38,594 nt of DNA from Saprolegnia diclina VS20 (taxonomy: Eukaryota). The position numbers and the translations under genes are program-made. Shown one piece after another: positions 1-11,735 of the stretch. How positions within the stretch are numbered: position 1 is the first letter of the stretch; every line of letters starts with the position of its first letter. Location: contig NW_008246151.1 in the NCBI RefSeq assembly GCF_000281045.1, forward strand, positions 42,940-81,533, written 5' to 3'. The notes under the pieces were generated by a model that was not told the DNA's origin, did no database searches, and was given only the letters and a program-made list of their open reading frames with translations.

Positions 1-19
1 AAGAGCAATGCTATCTATG

Positions 20-215
20 TGTTGTCGACGATTGCTCGCGCTCCAGGACCGCAGTGGCGGCGTGACAGGGTCTGCTCTGCACCCCAACGTGTCTTCTCTC
101 ACTGTGCCAAGTATGGGCGATTTCGTTTCAAACTCGAGATTGGCGGCCAAGTTGCGTCGGCTCGCGGGAGATGGTTTAAAAATGGCACCACGATATTATT
201 TGTGCCGTCGTCGTA
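20..215 (+). repeat. Fragment of unclassified dispersed repeat family X
   Basis: gtgtcttctctcactgtgccaagtatgggcgatttcgtttcaaac aligns with ~6812-6857. agatggtttaaaaatggcaccacgatattatttgtg is identical to 13003-13038. Confidence 0.75.
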
Positions 216-301
216 TCAGCTTTCATAATAAACAGCACTCGTTGTCCAAGAAACCTTGTTGCATTTGGATTGCAGCTGAACACCTGGCTGAACCCCAACG
301 A

Positions 302-529
302 CTAAAAGTCGAGGCCGTCGACCAGCGACGCGAGGGCAGCATCGTACACCGGGGCACGCTTGCCTTCCACGCAGAGCTCAAACGACTTAACCTGCATCGG
401 TTGGAGCGTCACGGTCGTCGGCGACGGTCCCTTGACCGCGTTGGCCGAGAGCGTGAGCTCTTTGACCACGACATGCTCTGCGCCAGGCACAAGCTGGCGC
501 AGGTCCACGGACGCCGGCTTGCACCACTC
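302..529 (-). CDS. Terminal exon of the GH38 alpha-mannosidase
   Basis: 523-557 is identical to 2214-2248 (35 bp). Merging them gives ...VRLSHLFAIDEHS|intron|EWCKPASVDLRQLV...KELTLSAN...VTLQPMQVKSF...DGLDF*, which resembles a GH38 C-terminus. The TAG stop is at 304-302. Confidence 0.88.
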   Translation of the reverse strand, partial: EWCKPASVDLRQLVPGAEHVVVKELTLSANAVKGPSPTTVTLQPMQVKSFELCVEGKRAPVYDAALASLVDGLDF

Positions 530-657
530 CTACGAAACGGCCCAGCGTCAATGCAAANNNNNNNNNNNNNNNNNNNNNNNNNNNNNNNNNNNNNNNNNNN
601 NNNNNNNNNNNNNNNNNNNNNNNNNNNNNNNNNNNNNNNNNNNNNNNNNNNNNNNNN

Positions 658-900
658 CTCTCAGATGGCGCTACGGTCTTAGTTTGGAGTGCGTCATGCC
701 TCTAAGATGGAACTACGATCTAAGTCTAGACTCTCAGATGGCACTACGATCTTAGTTTGACGCGCATCTTGGGTCGCGTCTCTCTACCACTGTACGCCTC
801 GCACGTCAACACAAGTCGCTTCCGTGCTCTCCACAGCGTTCTCTATATGTGTGCCAAACCTTAGCGATTTCATTTTCAAACGCAAAGTAGTCGACCTCGC
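658..900 (+). repeat. Repeat family X fragment with three units of the 42-bp hairpin minisatellite
   Basis: agatgg...tac.atcttagttt units start at 663, 705 and 736. The flanking sequence aligns with 6900-7110 and, reverse-complemented, with 21830-22000 and 21413-21470. Confidence 0.85.
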
Positions 901-2213
901 GACCTCGCGATGGGCCAAGAGATTAAATCAGATGCAAAAGTTCTTATTTCGTAATTTCAGAGCCAGCTACAGGCGAATGACGCAGCGTCGACAGCAGTGG
1001 CGTGAACGTCTGTGGAGTATAGAAAGCAGTGACGAGGCCCTAGGGCAAGCCATTGTCGCGGCAAAGCTTGAGGCGTTGGATGCAAGGATTTGCGGAAGCA
1101 GCGCCATGACAGCAATCGAAGGCTATACGCAATCGAAACCCGTCGCGGACAAACGCCGACAGAGACGATCTGGCATCATCGCAGAGCGGCAGAAGCGTGG
1201 AAAGCACCGCAGCAAGACGATCATAGTGACAATGAGCGTGTCAGTAGGGCGCGCCTGCAGCTTGAGCAGCCGCTTGTCGATCATCTTGGAGAGCGCGGCG
1301 GACGAGAACATCCATCTACGAGCTGGGTCGATGAAAGCATCGGCAGCTTTGCGTCGGCTGGAGCTGCACTGGCCACCCGCTCTCGCGGGGGTGGCCGGCA
1401 CAGGTGTGTCGAGCTACTGGAGGAGCGTTGCAGCCTGTAGGACGTTCACGACAAGGATCGCGAGGCTGCTCGTGACCCGAGAGTAGGCAGGAGCGTCGAC
1501 GGCGCGGCCTGGGCCCATTGCTGACCTTCGACGTGATTTTTCGCTCCTCAAACGTCGAGCACGAAGAGTAAGGGTAAACAAGAGTATCTTGGCGCCCGTC
1601 AGCCATGTTGGGAGTGGCGTGGCGGGGATCGCTTACGGCTGAGCGGCTGAAAACACAAATGCTAAGCTATCGGGGCTATCATGCGCCCGCCTACTCACGT
1701 TCTATCATCTATCTATAGCACGGATCTTCTCGGGTCTTTCGCTTGCTCGATCTTTTGCGCAAAACCCTTCTTCCACTACTTGGAATCGTACCGTATCGAG
1801 GACTTGGAGCATTTTGATCGGTAGCGCAAGCTGTCTCGCTTGGGCGTGTAGTGTATGTAATCGGCTCGAAAAGTTGTTGACGTCGCGGCGTTGAGGCTGG
1901 CAAATGCTGCGGGAAGTGTGACGTGTCCAAACGACCGCGCTCTGCAGCGACGTGGCGGACTATATACGAATATAAAGGCACAGCGCCATGAAAACGGCGC
2001 AGCCTACACGAACGTTAAGAGCGAGCTGTCTCGATTGCTTGCTACCTCTAGCAGAGAGAGGATCGGAGGTCACTTTGAGCGATGGGAGATTAGCAACGGG
2101 CGAGAGGTTCGTGNNNNNNNNNNNNNNNNNNNNNNNNNNNNNNNNNNNNNNNNNNNNNNNNNNNNNNNNNNNNNNNNNNNNNNNNNNNNNNNNNNNNNNN
2201 NNNNNNNNNNNNN

Positions 2214-5200
2214 ACCACTCCTACGAAACGGCCCAGCGTCAATGCAAATGCTCGGGTACTGTCAACGTACCGAGTGCTCGTCAATGGCGAAGAGGTGGCT
2301 CAGACGCACGAGGCGGCAGTGCGGGTGCGCCCAGTGCAGTGCCGTGAGACCGATGTTGGCCGGCCACTTGAGGTCGCCAAGCGGCTTCATCGCGACAAAC
2401 CCACCGGAACCCGCGCGGAGGGCCACGAGCGGCGGAACAAACTGCGCGTACGTCGTCGTGCGCAGACGCTCGATCGCCGCTTCGTGCGGCCCAACGCTCA
2501 GATAAAACTGGCCGCGGACCGTGAGGCCTTGCGTGCGCGGCTGGTTGTTGGTCAGTTGAATCTAGAACCCGTCATTAGTTTGCAGAAACGATACGAGTGC
2601 TGTACTGTCTCGGTCTCGTTGAGCGCCTCACCAACACCGCGGTGGTCGTCGCCAAGCAGGCGACGGTGCACCATCACATCCAGTTGACCTAGATCGCAAC
2701 ATGTGTGAGTGACTTTGCCGTTGCTGGGACGAGAGATGTACCATCTTTGAGGCTGGCGCAGCCCTGGGCGCGGTCGGTAAGGACGTTGAGCTGCACCTTG
2801 TCGTCGCGGAGGTAGGCACCAGTCGTGATCGGCACATAGTTGGCAGCGACGTGCTCCTCGTCATTGTGCAGCGTGAGGTTCCACGTCTCGCGAAAGTCGC
2901 GGATACGCTCGACGTACTCGAGCCCGTTCGAGTCCGTGTACCAGCGTTTCTAACCGACATTCATAGTCTCAAGCTCGATCGAGATGACGTACGTTGGACG
3001 CCACATTCGAGTCGAAGCGCAAAATCACTTCCTTGCCTTGGTGGTCGTCGATCGGGATCGGACCCACCTAAGAACATGCCATCAACACCCTTAATAGCAG
3101 CCATTGACGACGCTACCGTCCACTCGACCACGAGCGACGTGTCCCACGGACGAAGCTGGTAGCTGAGGACGCCCATGCTACCAAAGCGGAACCAGCACGA
3201 CTGAAGCAGCGGCGCGACGTCGCAGCCATGGCTCGACAATGCGGGAAAGTCATGGAGCGTGCTCGTGTTGGGGCGGAAGATGTACGCACCCGAGTTGACG
3301 TCGTCGCCGTTAAAGTACGACTGGTAGTAGCCAAACTTGGTCGCAACCGCCACCTGCGTCTTCGTCGCCTTGTCCAAAAGAGTGGCAAGACTGCCTTTCG
3401 TTAGATCCAGCGTCGCCTTGACATGGTCGTTCTCAAGCGTCGAGATGTCAGCGGCCGTCGACGTCGTTGCCGCCTTGGTCTTGGTCACGCGGAAGCGCTG
3501 AAGACCAAGCGCAGGCACGTCGGCCTGCAAGAGCAGCGTGTGCGGCGAAGCCTTGGCGTCCAAGTGCACGGGCACGTAGGGTACGACCGCCGACGCGACC
3601 GGCACGTTCGTTGAGGCTAGCGCAACCTCTGCGCTCGGCGTATCGATCGGCAGCGAGACACCAAACGTATGCGCAAACGGCAGCGGGTTGTACACGACGA
3701 CCTCGAACATCTCGGACGCCGACGTCGACGGCTCGCAGAGGCTCACGTTGGCCAAAAGGCACGTCGAAAACGGTGCGTCCGTCGCCCCAAGAAGCGCGTT
3801 GAGCTGCGGGTACGCCGACGCGAGACCTTCGGCGAGCCGCTGGGCGTAGTCGTCCGAAACGTGCTGCTTCTCAGTGCCCGTGATGCCATCGTGGTGCTGC
3901 GTGACGCCGACGCTCGCCGTCAAATGCATGAGCTACCTCGAATCATGAGAGGCGATTGCGATGAGATCTTATGTACCTTGGACGACGTTGTCGAGTGCAC
4001 TTCGAGCTGGCGCATGGTCTGGAGGATGCCGTTGGCGACGCGCGCATAGCGCTTGAGGCCCGGGCGGCTCGTAAAGTAACCCGTCCTGGCATTGTTGCTT
4101 GTTGAAAACGAGGCTTCATGGGACACGCGTAGTACCAGTAGGCGTAGGCGCGGTCGGCGTACGGGAAAAAGTCGTCCGTCTTGGTCGACCACTGCAGCGA
4201 CTTGTCGGCGAGCTTGAGGTCCGTGTAGCGGCCGAGGGTCGAGTAGAAGACGTTTACGCGGCCTTCCTGGTTGGCGTAGTGGATGAGCTTGTCCATGTTC
4301 TTGAACCACTTGAGACCGTTCTGGTACGTAAAATCCGTGCCCATGGGCCAAAAGATATGGTTGCCTAGCATCCACGTCTAGCGTAAATCGTCCTCATGCT
4401 ATGGACGCACCTTTGGTGTGCTTGGCCCGCTCGAGGCTCTGCTCGACGAACATCTTGACCTCGTTGCACACGTTGAAGTCGTGGAGGTACGGGTCGTCCT
4501 TGATGGGCGCGTTCTCCTCAAACTGAAACTCGCGGGGCGCGCCGTAGCCGTCCTGGATCATGCCCGTAAAGATCTTTTCGCCGCGCGACGGCGACGGCTG
4601 CCACATGAACTCTATGCTGTCGTTGAGCCGTCTTCCTCGTCGTCCTAGGCGTGCATACCGAGGTCCTTGTTGGCCTTGCGCTTCTCGTAGTCCTGGTAGT
4701 CGATGCGCGCAAAGTAGAGCGCGTCAAAGTTGACGCCGGCCGAGAGGAGCGAGCCTTGCGTCGACGAATGGCCAAACGGATCGATCTGCCACCCAATGCG
4801 TGGCTTGACGCTAGTTGCAGGATCTTGACATGACAAACCAAAATCAATGGGCAAGGTACCCAAACTCGTGGAGCAAGAAGGCGTGGCCGAGAGCCGTCTG
4901 GTCGACCATGACCGAGTAGTGGCAGGACGCTTCGTCGTGCATGACCCATCCGCCGTTGACCGACAAGTCGAAGCGGCCTTCTTTCACGAGCTTCTTGACG
5001 ATCGTCTTCATCTCGTGCGTCTGCTCGCGCCACCTACGCCCGCTTAGACCAAGGTTGCCACCGATCAAGTGCACGTACCAGCGCTGGAAGAACGACTGCT
5101 CGACGTACATGAAGCGCCGGTTCGGGTTCTTGAGCAGCTCGGTGATGACCGACTCGAGGATGTAGTCGACCTCCTGCGTGTAGTACTGGTCGACGGTGAG

Positions 5201-5380
5201 GAGCCAGCCCGGGTCGTCGTGCGTGTGGGGCACGAGGTGCACGTTGAGCTTCGCGCCCGAGAGGTCCGCGCTCGTGTTGTAGTGGCCGCCCACGGGGCCC
5301 GTCGGCTGCCAGGCGCCGCAGGACGGCAGCTGCTTGGCGGTCGCCAGCGCCAGCGTCGTCGCGAGGAGGCGGAGTCCCAT
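2214..5380 (-). CDS. Lysosomal/vacuolar-type alpha-mannosidase, GH38 (MAN2B1-like), exons 1-11 plus the first 7 nt of the last exon
   Basis: ATG at 5380 starts a signal-peptide-like MGLRLLATTLALATA. GH38 motifs are present: HLVPHTHDDPGWL, NGGWVMHDEA, GWQIDPFGHS (nucleophile Asp), YFARIDYQD, DDFFPYAD, TGYFTSRP, QHHDGITGT, SGAYIFRP, YTDSNG, MVHRRLLGDDHRGVGE. The frame is restored by 11 short GT-AG introns (5078-5034, 4859-4811, 4658-4612, 4410-4365, 4135-4086, 3976-3933, ~3116-3068, ~2993-2950, ~2741-2689, ~2605-2562, 2270-2221). Confidence 0.95.
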
Positions 5381-5858
5381 CTTCGTCCGACTTCGCCAAA
5401 TCCAAACTGAAGATCGTTTGCCTCTATAAGATGATGTCTTCTGCGGCCGCCTTCTCACTGCATACAAAAACCAAGTGACGACCCGCTCGAGAAATAGATG
5501 CGGATCCCAAGCGCAGTTGAAGTATGTAGTTTCAGAGGTTTTCGATCTTTGAGTAACCGGATGCATCAAGGTTCGTCGATCATCCCACAAAGGATGCCAC
5601 GCGAGGGGAGCCGCCTGCTGGATGAGGCAAAGCCGTGCAAAGCATTGGTGCTTCCGCCCAGTGGCAATCCGTCTCACCAACTCGAGTCTGCACGCTTGCA
5701 GCATGATCTAGGAACGTGGCAAGGTGGTCGCAAAATGGCAATTTGCTTTTTAACGCTCNNNNNNNNNNNNNNNNNNNNNNNNNNNNNNNNNNNNNNNNNN
5801 NNNNNNNNNNNNNNNNNNNNNNNNNNNNNNNNNNNNNNNNNNNNNNNNNNNNNNNNNN

Positions 5859-7115
5859 CAAAGCAAGGGCATTTCTACTGCTACGGCGCCGATGGCTGCG
5901 ACCAGCAACCACGACCCAATACGGATGCGACCAGCGCTATATCGACGCCAGCAACCACGATCCAATACGGATGCGACTGCTCCGCAAGCCTCTTGCGCGC
6001 ATGCACGCACTTATGCCAAGGTACTAATGCAGGTGCTCGATGGCTGCGACGCTGCTCAACACGTTTCGGATACCACCCATCGAGCTTGGCGATCATCGAT
6101 ACTCGACACCGCAGACCCAAGCTCGCTTGCTGCATGAGGACGCAGCGATATTTGCGTACCTGACAAGCCTACGGCCTCGACAACGCGACCTACACGAAGC
6201 GCTAGAAGATGCGCGCATCATCGTAGACGAAGCAAAGATAGCTTAGGTCGCCTCTCTGGCCGCGTGTGCATCGCGGTCGACGTCCATGAGGCCAAGGTCC
6301 GGGTTTCCGAGGTCCGGGTTTCCTACCTGCCAAACTACCTGTACCTGCCGGTCTACATGTACCTGCACGATTTTTTGCGCAGGTAGAGCGGCAGGTACAG
6401 GTAGTTTGGCAGGTTGATTTCACAAAAAATGGACTCAATTTCGGCCAATTAGATCGCGCGAAAAATCCTACCGGAAAAACTCCTACCTGCCGACCATCAT
6501 TGACACCCACGTTTGCTCCTTCCCTCTCAACTATGTTCCATCACACGCGATGTGACAATAGATAGCCGGGAGTGCGGAAGCCCGAGCATTGTGAGCCAAA
6601 AGCATCTCGCTCCAAACGCTCCACAGAATGTGCTGGACGTCGTCACTTCGTGAATGTTGCTAGGAATCACAATCTTGTTCCGCTGGAAGGGGAGACCGTC
6701 GCAACAAGTGCAGAAGACAAAGACTGCGGCGTGATAATCTGATTATTGACCCTTGTCGAGCATTGCGCGCGTTGTACGACGGCAACGACGAATCGCGGTC
6801 TACTCCCCAAAGTGTCTTCTATCACTGTACTCACTATGGGCGATTCCGTTTCGAACGTGATGTTGTCGGCAAGCGGCGTCGGCGTCCTGGCGTGATGCCG
6901 CTAAGATGGCACTACGATCTTAGTTTGGAGTGCGTTGTGCCTCTCAGATGGCACTACAAGTACGATCTTAGTTTGGCGCGCATCTTGGATCGCATTTCGC
7001 GACTGCTGTACGCCTCGTACGTCAGCGCGCCCTCGCTTTCCGTACTCTCCACAGCGTCCTCTACTACTGTGCCAAGTCTTGGCCATTTCGTTGTCGAACG
7101 CAGAGTGGTCGATCG
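5859..7115 (+). mobile_element. Long copy of composite dispersed repeat family X (unclassified, apparently non-autonomous)
   Basis: Collinear with the reverse complement of 21830-23140 in three blocks: 5859-6170 with 23140-22900, 6535-6790 with 22590-22295, and 6800-7060 with 22280-21835. The left end is lost in a gap. Confidence 0.75.
6325..6414. repeat. Perfect 26-bp inverted repeat (90-bp hairpin/cruciform)
   Basis: acctgccaaactacctgtacctgccg (6325-6350) is the exact reverse complement of cggcaggtacaggtagtttggcaggt (6389-6414). It is preceded by aggtccgggtttcc twice (6295, 6310). Confidence 0.95.
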
Positions 7116-7459
7116 CGGCCTGGTCATGCTGCACCAGATATCCGGATAATGTGTCTAATAACACGCAAGCTGTCGCGGTGCGTCCCCGATTGCGAATTGA
7201 TGGCCAAAGTCGGTCAAAATACAAAATGGCTCCTACGCCGTACCGTGATAAAGTTTGCTTTGCTTAGCACGGAGCACCAAGTTGCACCGTCGTGCGCGGC
7301 CTACAGCGCTCGAAACTCGTATCCAAAGTGATGCCGAATTGCACTATTTGCGGCATCATGAGGAACTTATATATGGCACATGCCATTTTCAACAAAGGAA
7401 ACGCATCAGAAGCTCTCTTGCCGTCGCCATGTGAGAGAATACGAGCGCGCATGCTTGGT

Positions 7460-8080
7460 ACGGGCTTGATGCTGATGTTGGGCTCTTGATGAGCGCAAAA
7501 ATCGGCGGCCGAGCGGACCCAAGTGCTCGCGCACACGCTTCGGGGCGACCTTGGCCATGCGCTTGACGACATTGTTGGTGGCGTCCGTGAGGCCCACAGC
7601 GAGCGCCGAGACAAGCGCCGCGTCGACTTTGACCGCGAGGTCAACTTGACGAGCGGGTTCTCATCCCAAACGAGCGCCACAAGCGTCGGGACGACAGCAA
7701 GCGTGGCGGCAACCCACGTCGGCACCAGCGAGAGACTGAGCAAGCTCGATGCTACCAGCGCCGCCAAGTGGTGAAGCGTTCAAAGCTCCGTCGACGGCTG
7801 CACGAGCTCCTCGACCATCCCGACACCATGTTCTTTGCTGCCGAGCAAGAGCGCGAGGGCAAGACCGTTGCTCGCGCGCATACGCCGGAGGTCGTCGTCC
7901 ATCATGAGGAGGCGCGAAGGGCGTCCTCCACTGCGAGTACAGCCGACGCTGAGACCTTGGCGCCGACGCGGTTGTGAATCGCAACGAGTGCGTCAAGGCT
8001 GGCCTCCTTGACGCCGCCCGTCGTCGACGCAGCCTTGTCCGTGAGCTCGGCAATGAGCGGGTCCATACATCTCGGTCGTG
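7460..8080 (-). pseudogene. Frameshifted fragment resembling the GCN1 C-terminal HEAT repeats
   Basis: Across frameshifts it reads DPLIAELTDKAASTTGGVKEASLDALVAIHNRVGAKVS...LLMMDDDLRRMRASNGLA...VKRMAKVAPKRVREHLGPL...PNISIK. This matches my recollection of GCN1 (VDPLxxEL...VRxxMLxAL...GAKV). No upstream part of the gene is present. Confidence 0.55.
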
Positions 8081-8866
8081 ACCATTGCTCATGGTCAATT
8101 TGAAACTCAACTGACATGGGTGTTTCTATTGGCTCGATTTTAAATTCTTTATAGCCAATCACAAGACTACGTCTTATATAGTGTGCGTTCCCACAATGAC
8201 GAATCGCAACTCACAGACTCGCCAACCTCACGTAGGAGATATGTAGGCCTCTCTACACACTCATTGAACGGTGTACATGTCGTTTCCGACGCTGAACGCG
8301 GCGTAATCACGCGTAAATCCATTTTTCATAAATTTGAGGTGGTGGCACAATTGCTCGATTACTCAACATGACATCGCGGGGTTTGAAAGCCCCAACGACC
8401 CCAATTCTGGCTGCCACAGTTGGCTATGGATCTTGACCCGATGTGCGACCAGTTTGTTGGGCCGCGCCGTTGCTTGGGCGCTCACACCAAACTCAAACTG
8501 CCGAGCGTCGGTTTTCCCAAAATGCGGCACGATATTTCGATTGAAAATAGGTTGAAATCGCGGAAACTGAGGACGCCATCTCATTTTGTTGATGTTGGAG
8601 AGCGTGTTGCATGTGGCCGAGGAAGGCATCGCGCCTGCGATATGCCCCGTAATGAGCAGCGTAAGGAGGCCTGTCTGTCATACAGTATTTCAGTGTAACC
8701 AAATACACACTATATGCTAGCCAATCACCAGTGTCCTTGCCCCATTTTACGTTTTTGTGGACCATCGTCGCGCAGGACCGCCAGCACGTGTGGCAAGCCG
8801 TGCGCAGGCCTCGGGCCGCGGGCTCATGCAACGTTGATGTAGGCGTGGCGCAGCTACAGCATCCGT

Positions 8867-8907
8867 GACGAGCCACCGATGCGGCCCTAGGGCGGAGCCC
8901 TGGCCAA
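8867..8907. repeat. Diverged repeat shared with 25151-25191
   Basis: gacgagccaccga-N8-tagggcggagccctggccaa occurs at both sites in the same orientation. Confidence 0.75.
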
Positions 8908-9929
8908 ATTTTTCGACGGCCTCTCGCGCGTCGGCCACGCGACCGCCTCCGTGAGATGCGCTTGNNNNNNNNNNNNNNNNNNNNNNNNNNNNNNNNNNNN
9001 NNNNNNNNNNNNNNNNNNNNNNNNNNNNNNNNNNNNNNNNNNNNNNNNNNNNNNNNNNNNNNNNNNNNNNNNNNNNNNNNNNNNNNNNNNNNNNNNNNNN
9101 NNNNNNNNNNNNNNNNNNNNNNNNNNNNNNNNNNNNNNNNNNNNNNNNNNNNNNNNNNNNNNNNNNNNNNNNNNNNNNNNNNNNNNNNNNNNNNNNNNNN
9201 NNNNNNNNNNNNNNNNNNNNNNNNNNNNNNNNNNNNNNNNNNNNNNNNNNNNNNNNNNNNNNNNNNNNNNNNNNNNNNNNNNNNNNNNNNNNNNNNNNNN
9301 NNNNNNNNNNNNNNNNNNNNNNNNNNNNNNNNNNNNNNNNNNNNNNNNNNNNNNNNNNNNNNNNNNNNTGGCTCGCGTTGAATATCTAGCTGATTTATGT
9401 TGGAATAAAACAGCAATTGTTGGCGAGTTTCAAAACAAATGCTTGCAGGCCTTTGATAGCCACGTGCGTCGGCATACATCCTCTCTCGAGATAGAGAAAG
9501 CGTCCCTGAAAGTATCACAGCGATTTGAGAAGGTTGCAAAAATCTCGATTTGGGATCGACAAACCTCACGCCCGCCGTAGCGGTGCATGGCCAAAATGTA
9601 GAAAATGTTGGAGAATGCTGGGATTATTTTCAACGGCCCACTACAAGTCGCCGCTCCCACCACATGTCAAATGGCGATACACGACCCGAACTTTGGCCGG
9701 CTTTGTACAAGCCAAGGACGCTTCGGATGTCACTACGGGTCGCGGGCTTGCGTGCCGCCTTGCGATGAGTTGTCGCGTGGACATGATTTGCATGTTTATG
9801 CCATGCCCGTGAGCCTATCCTACGACGTATCTTGTGGTAACAAGAGTGGCTTACGCCTGTGCACCCGTTGCCCGTGCCGCGCCTGGGTTCGTTTCGCAGG
9901 ACCCACAGCACTGCGCGATCGGGGCCTTG

Positions 9930-10650
9930 GCCACCGGCGAGTCCATTCCGAGTTGCAGCAGCAAGTGCGGCGCTATCTCAACGAGCATCTTGAGCGCCGC
10001 CGTGAGGAACATTTCTATCTTGGACTGCGAGATAAAGCCGTTCGAGTCAAAGAGCAAGGAGGCCGCGGTCACCTTTTCTTTGGACGAGCCCTACACACTA
10101 ACATTTTGTAAGGGCACTAGGACATGAGTGGGAGGCTGGCCGCGAGCTCTTTCGTGTCGGCGCTACTGTTGCCATTGGCGTCAAAGAGCACAAAGAGACG
10201 GTCGAGCGTGACATTGACCGACGCTTTCGGCGAGGCCGTTGTCTTGCTCAAGAGATTGTCGAAGCAGCGAAAAAGCTGCGCTTTTGTCAAGACACCATTC
10301 TCCTCGGCCGACGTTGCGAAAAACGATGTCGTAGACCGCGTACTGTCCGAGGCGCGTGAGCTCGCGCGCCGCAAAGCAGCGACTGTTCGCGCGTAAGAGG
10401 CGCGAGGCGCCGAGTAGTACCACAACGTACACTCATCGTAGCTGAGCTTGCCATCAGGTTGGCGTCGTACTGCACGAGCGCAACATGGGCGGTAAATTCG
10501 GCAAGCTTATTGGGCGCAAGGGGCAGTATGGACAAAAAGGCAGCGAGGACGCTGAAGACTGCTGTGAGGTAACATCTCGGGGTACGAGATGATCTTGTCC
10601 TTGTTGACGTCGTACAAGGCAAACGCTGCTCGAGGCGCGCGCAAACCATA
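9930..10650 (-). pseudogene. Decayed multi-EF-hand (recoverin/calcineurin-B-like) calcium-binding protein fragment
   Basis: Pieces in different frames read AFALYDVNKDKIISYPEM, VQYDANLDGKLSYDE (frameshifted), LDRLFVLFDANGNSSADTKELAA and GSSKEKVTAASLLFDSNGFISQSKIEMFLTA. Several frameshifts and damaged loops are visible. Confidence 0.7.
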
Positions 10651-10689
10651 GCAACATGCTGCGCGAGCGCTTTTTGTACCTTCAGGGAA

Positions 10690-10850
10690 AATGTCCTAAT
10701 TGAAGGGATGTGTGCCGAAAGAAGGACCTCGACCACACGAGTTTCAACGTCCACAGTCGACAGGGCGCCCGCTTGCGACCACCCTGTCGTACGACCGAGG
10801 CCCGAGAGCTCGAATTGCAGACTATCTCGAGACGTGCGCCCCTGTGAAAG
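10690..10850 (+). repeat. Repeat family X internal fragment
   Basis: gggatgtgtgccgaaagaaggacctcgaccacacgagtttcaacgtccacagtcgacagggcgcccgcttgcgacc aligns closely with the reverse complement of ~22797-22890. Confidence 0.85.
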
Positions 10851-10944
10851 GCGGCTTGTGATTGGTCACAAGGATTGCAATCGGACCAATGAAACGCATC
10901 CATTCCAGATCGATCATGTGATGACCGATGATGCGCAGGGTGAG

Positions 10945-11735
10945 CGCCTTCGCGGTCCACGTCGCCTTTCATAAGCTTGAGCTTGGAGAGCACGTGTTGA
11001 CAGTACTCGACGAGGGCCTCCGCGAGCGTCTCGGGGCACGTGGCTACCTCGCAACAACAAAAGCGCACAAAACTTGGTGTTGATGTTGGCGATGAGCGCA
11101 ATGCTATGGTCAAGCGATGACGCTCGGTGCTGTGCGGTTGCCGATCTTGCGAGTTCAACGACCAACGCATGCACATCGTTCGCCGAAGGAAACGTCACGT
11201 CAGTCAAGCGCCTCCAAGCTTGAGGACATGTGGGTTCGTGTCGCGGGTGAGCGCCACGAGCGCCGAGACGAACTTCAAGGAGACTGTCGCTCGTCGACGT
11301 CACTTTACTGTGAGCTCGGCAATCGACGTGTCGATGCGCGGCAGGAGCACAATGGGGTCGACAACGGCCGAAATACCACACGCAGGCTCGGACGCACTCG
11401 TGTTCTTGAGTGCCTTGCCAAACGCCAACTGCAGCGGCGACAAGACGAGCTGCAGCGCCGCCTTTGACGAGCAAGATCTCAAACGTCGAGAGGTTCGTAG
11501 ACTTGACGTGGCTCATAAAGCAGTCGCAAGAGCGAAACAATGGAGCGGGATGTTGAAGAGAAACGCGCCTACAACGTGATCCTTTTGAGCCTATCGGCGT
11601 GGAAATGGAAGAGAACCGTCTGCAGCCCGTTGATCGCGCAGTTGCCCAACGCTTCGACCATGGGAATCGCCTGGAGGGCCAAGCCCTTGACGAAAACGAG
11701 GCGACAGACCTTACGCGGGTCGAGCATCTACATGG
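10945..11735 (-). pseudogene. Decayed helical/HEAT-like gene fragment (weak resemblance to the importin-beta/transportin C-terminus)
   Basis: Coding-like stretches broken by stops and frameshifts: IPMVEALGNCAING, VLSPLQLAFGKALKN, FVSALVALTRD, CPETLAEALVEYCQHVLSKLKLMKGDVDREGA. The family call is tentative. Confidence 0.3.

Noticed and set aside
658..760. Palindromic repeats with regular spacing as a CRISPR array
   Set aside because: Only 2-3 units are present, the inter-repeat sequences are alike rather than unique spacers, there are no cas genes, and the context is eukaryotic.
824..1606. ORFs in the inserted contig (824-1486 + and overlapping minus-strand ORFs)
   Set aside because: The plus ORF starts inside repeat X and has no motifs. 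The minus strand may be a decayed gene but I cannot identify it.
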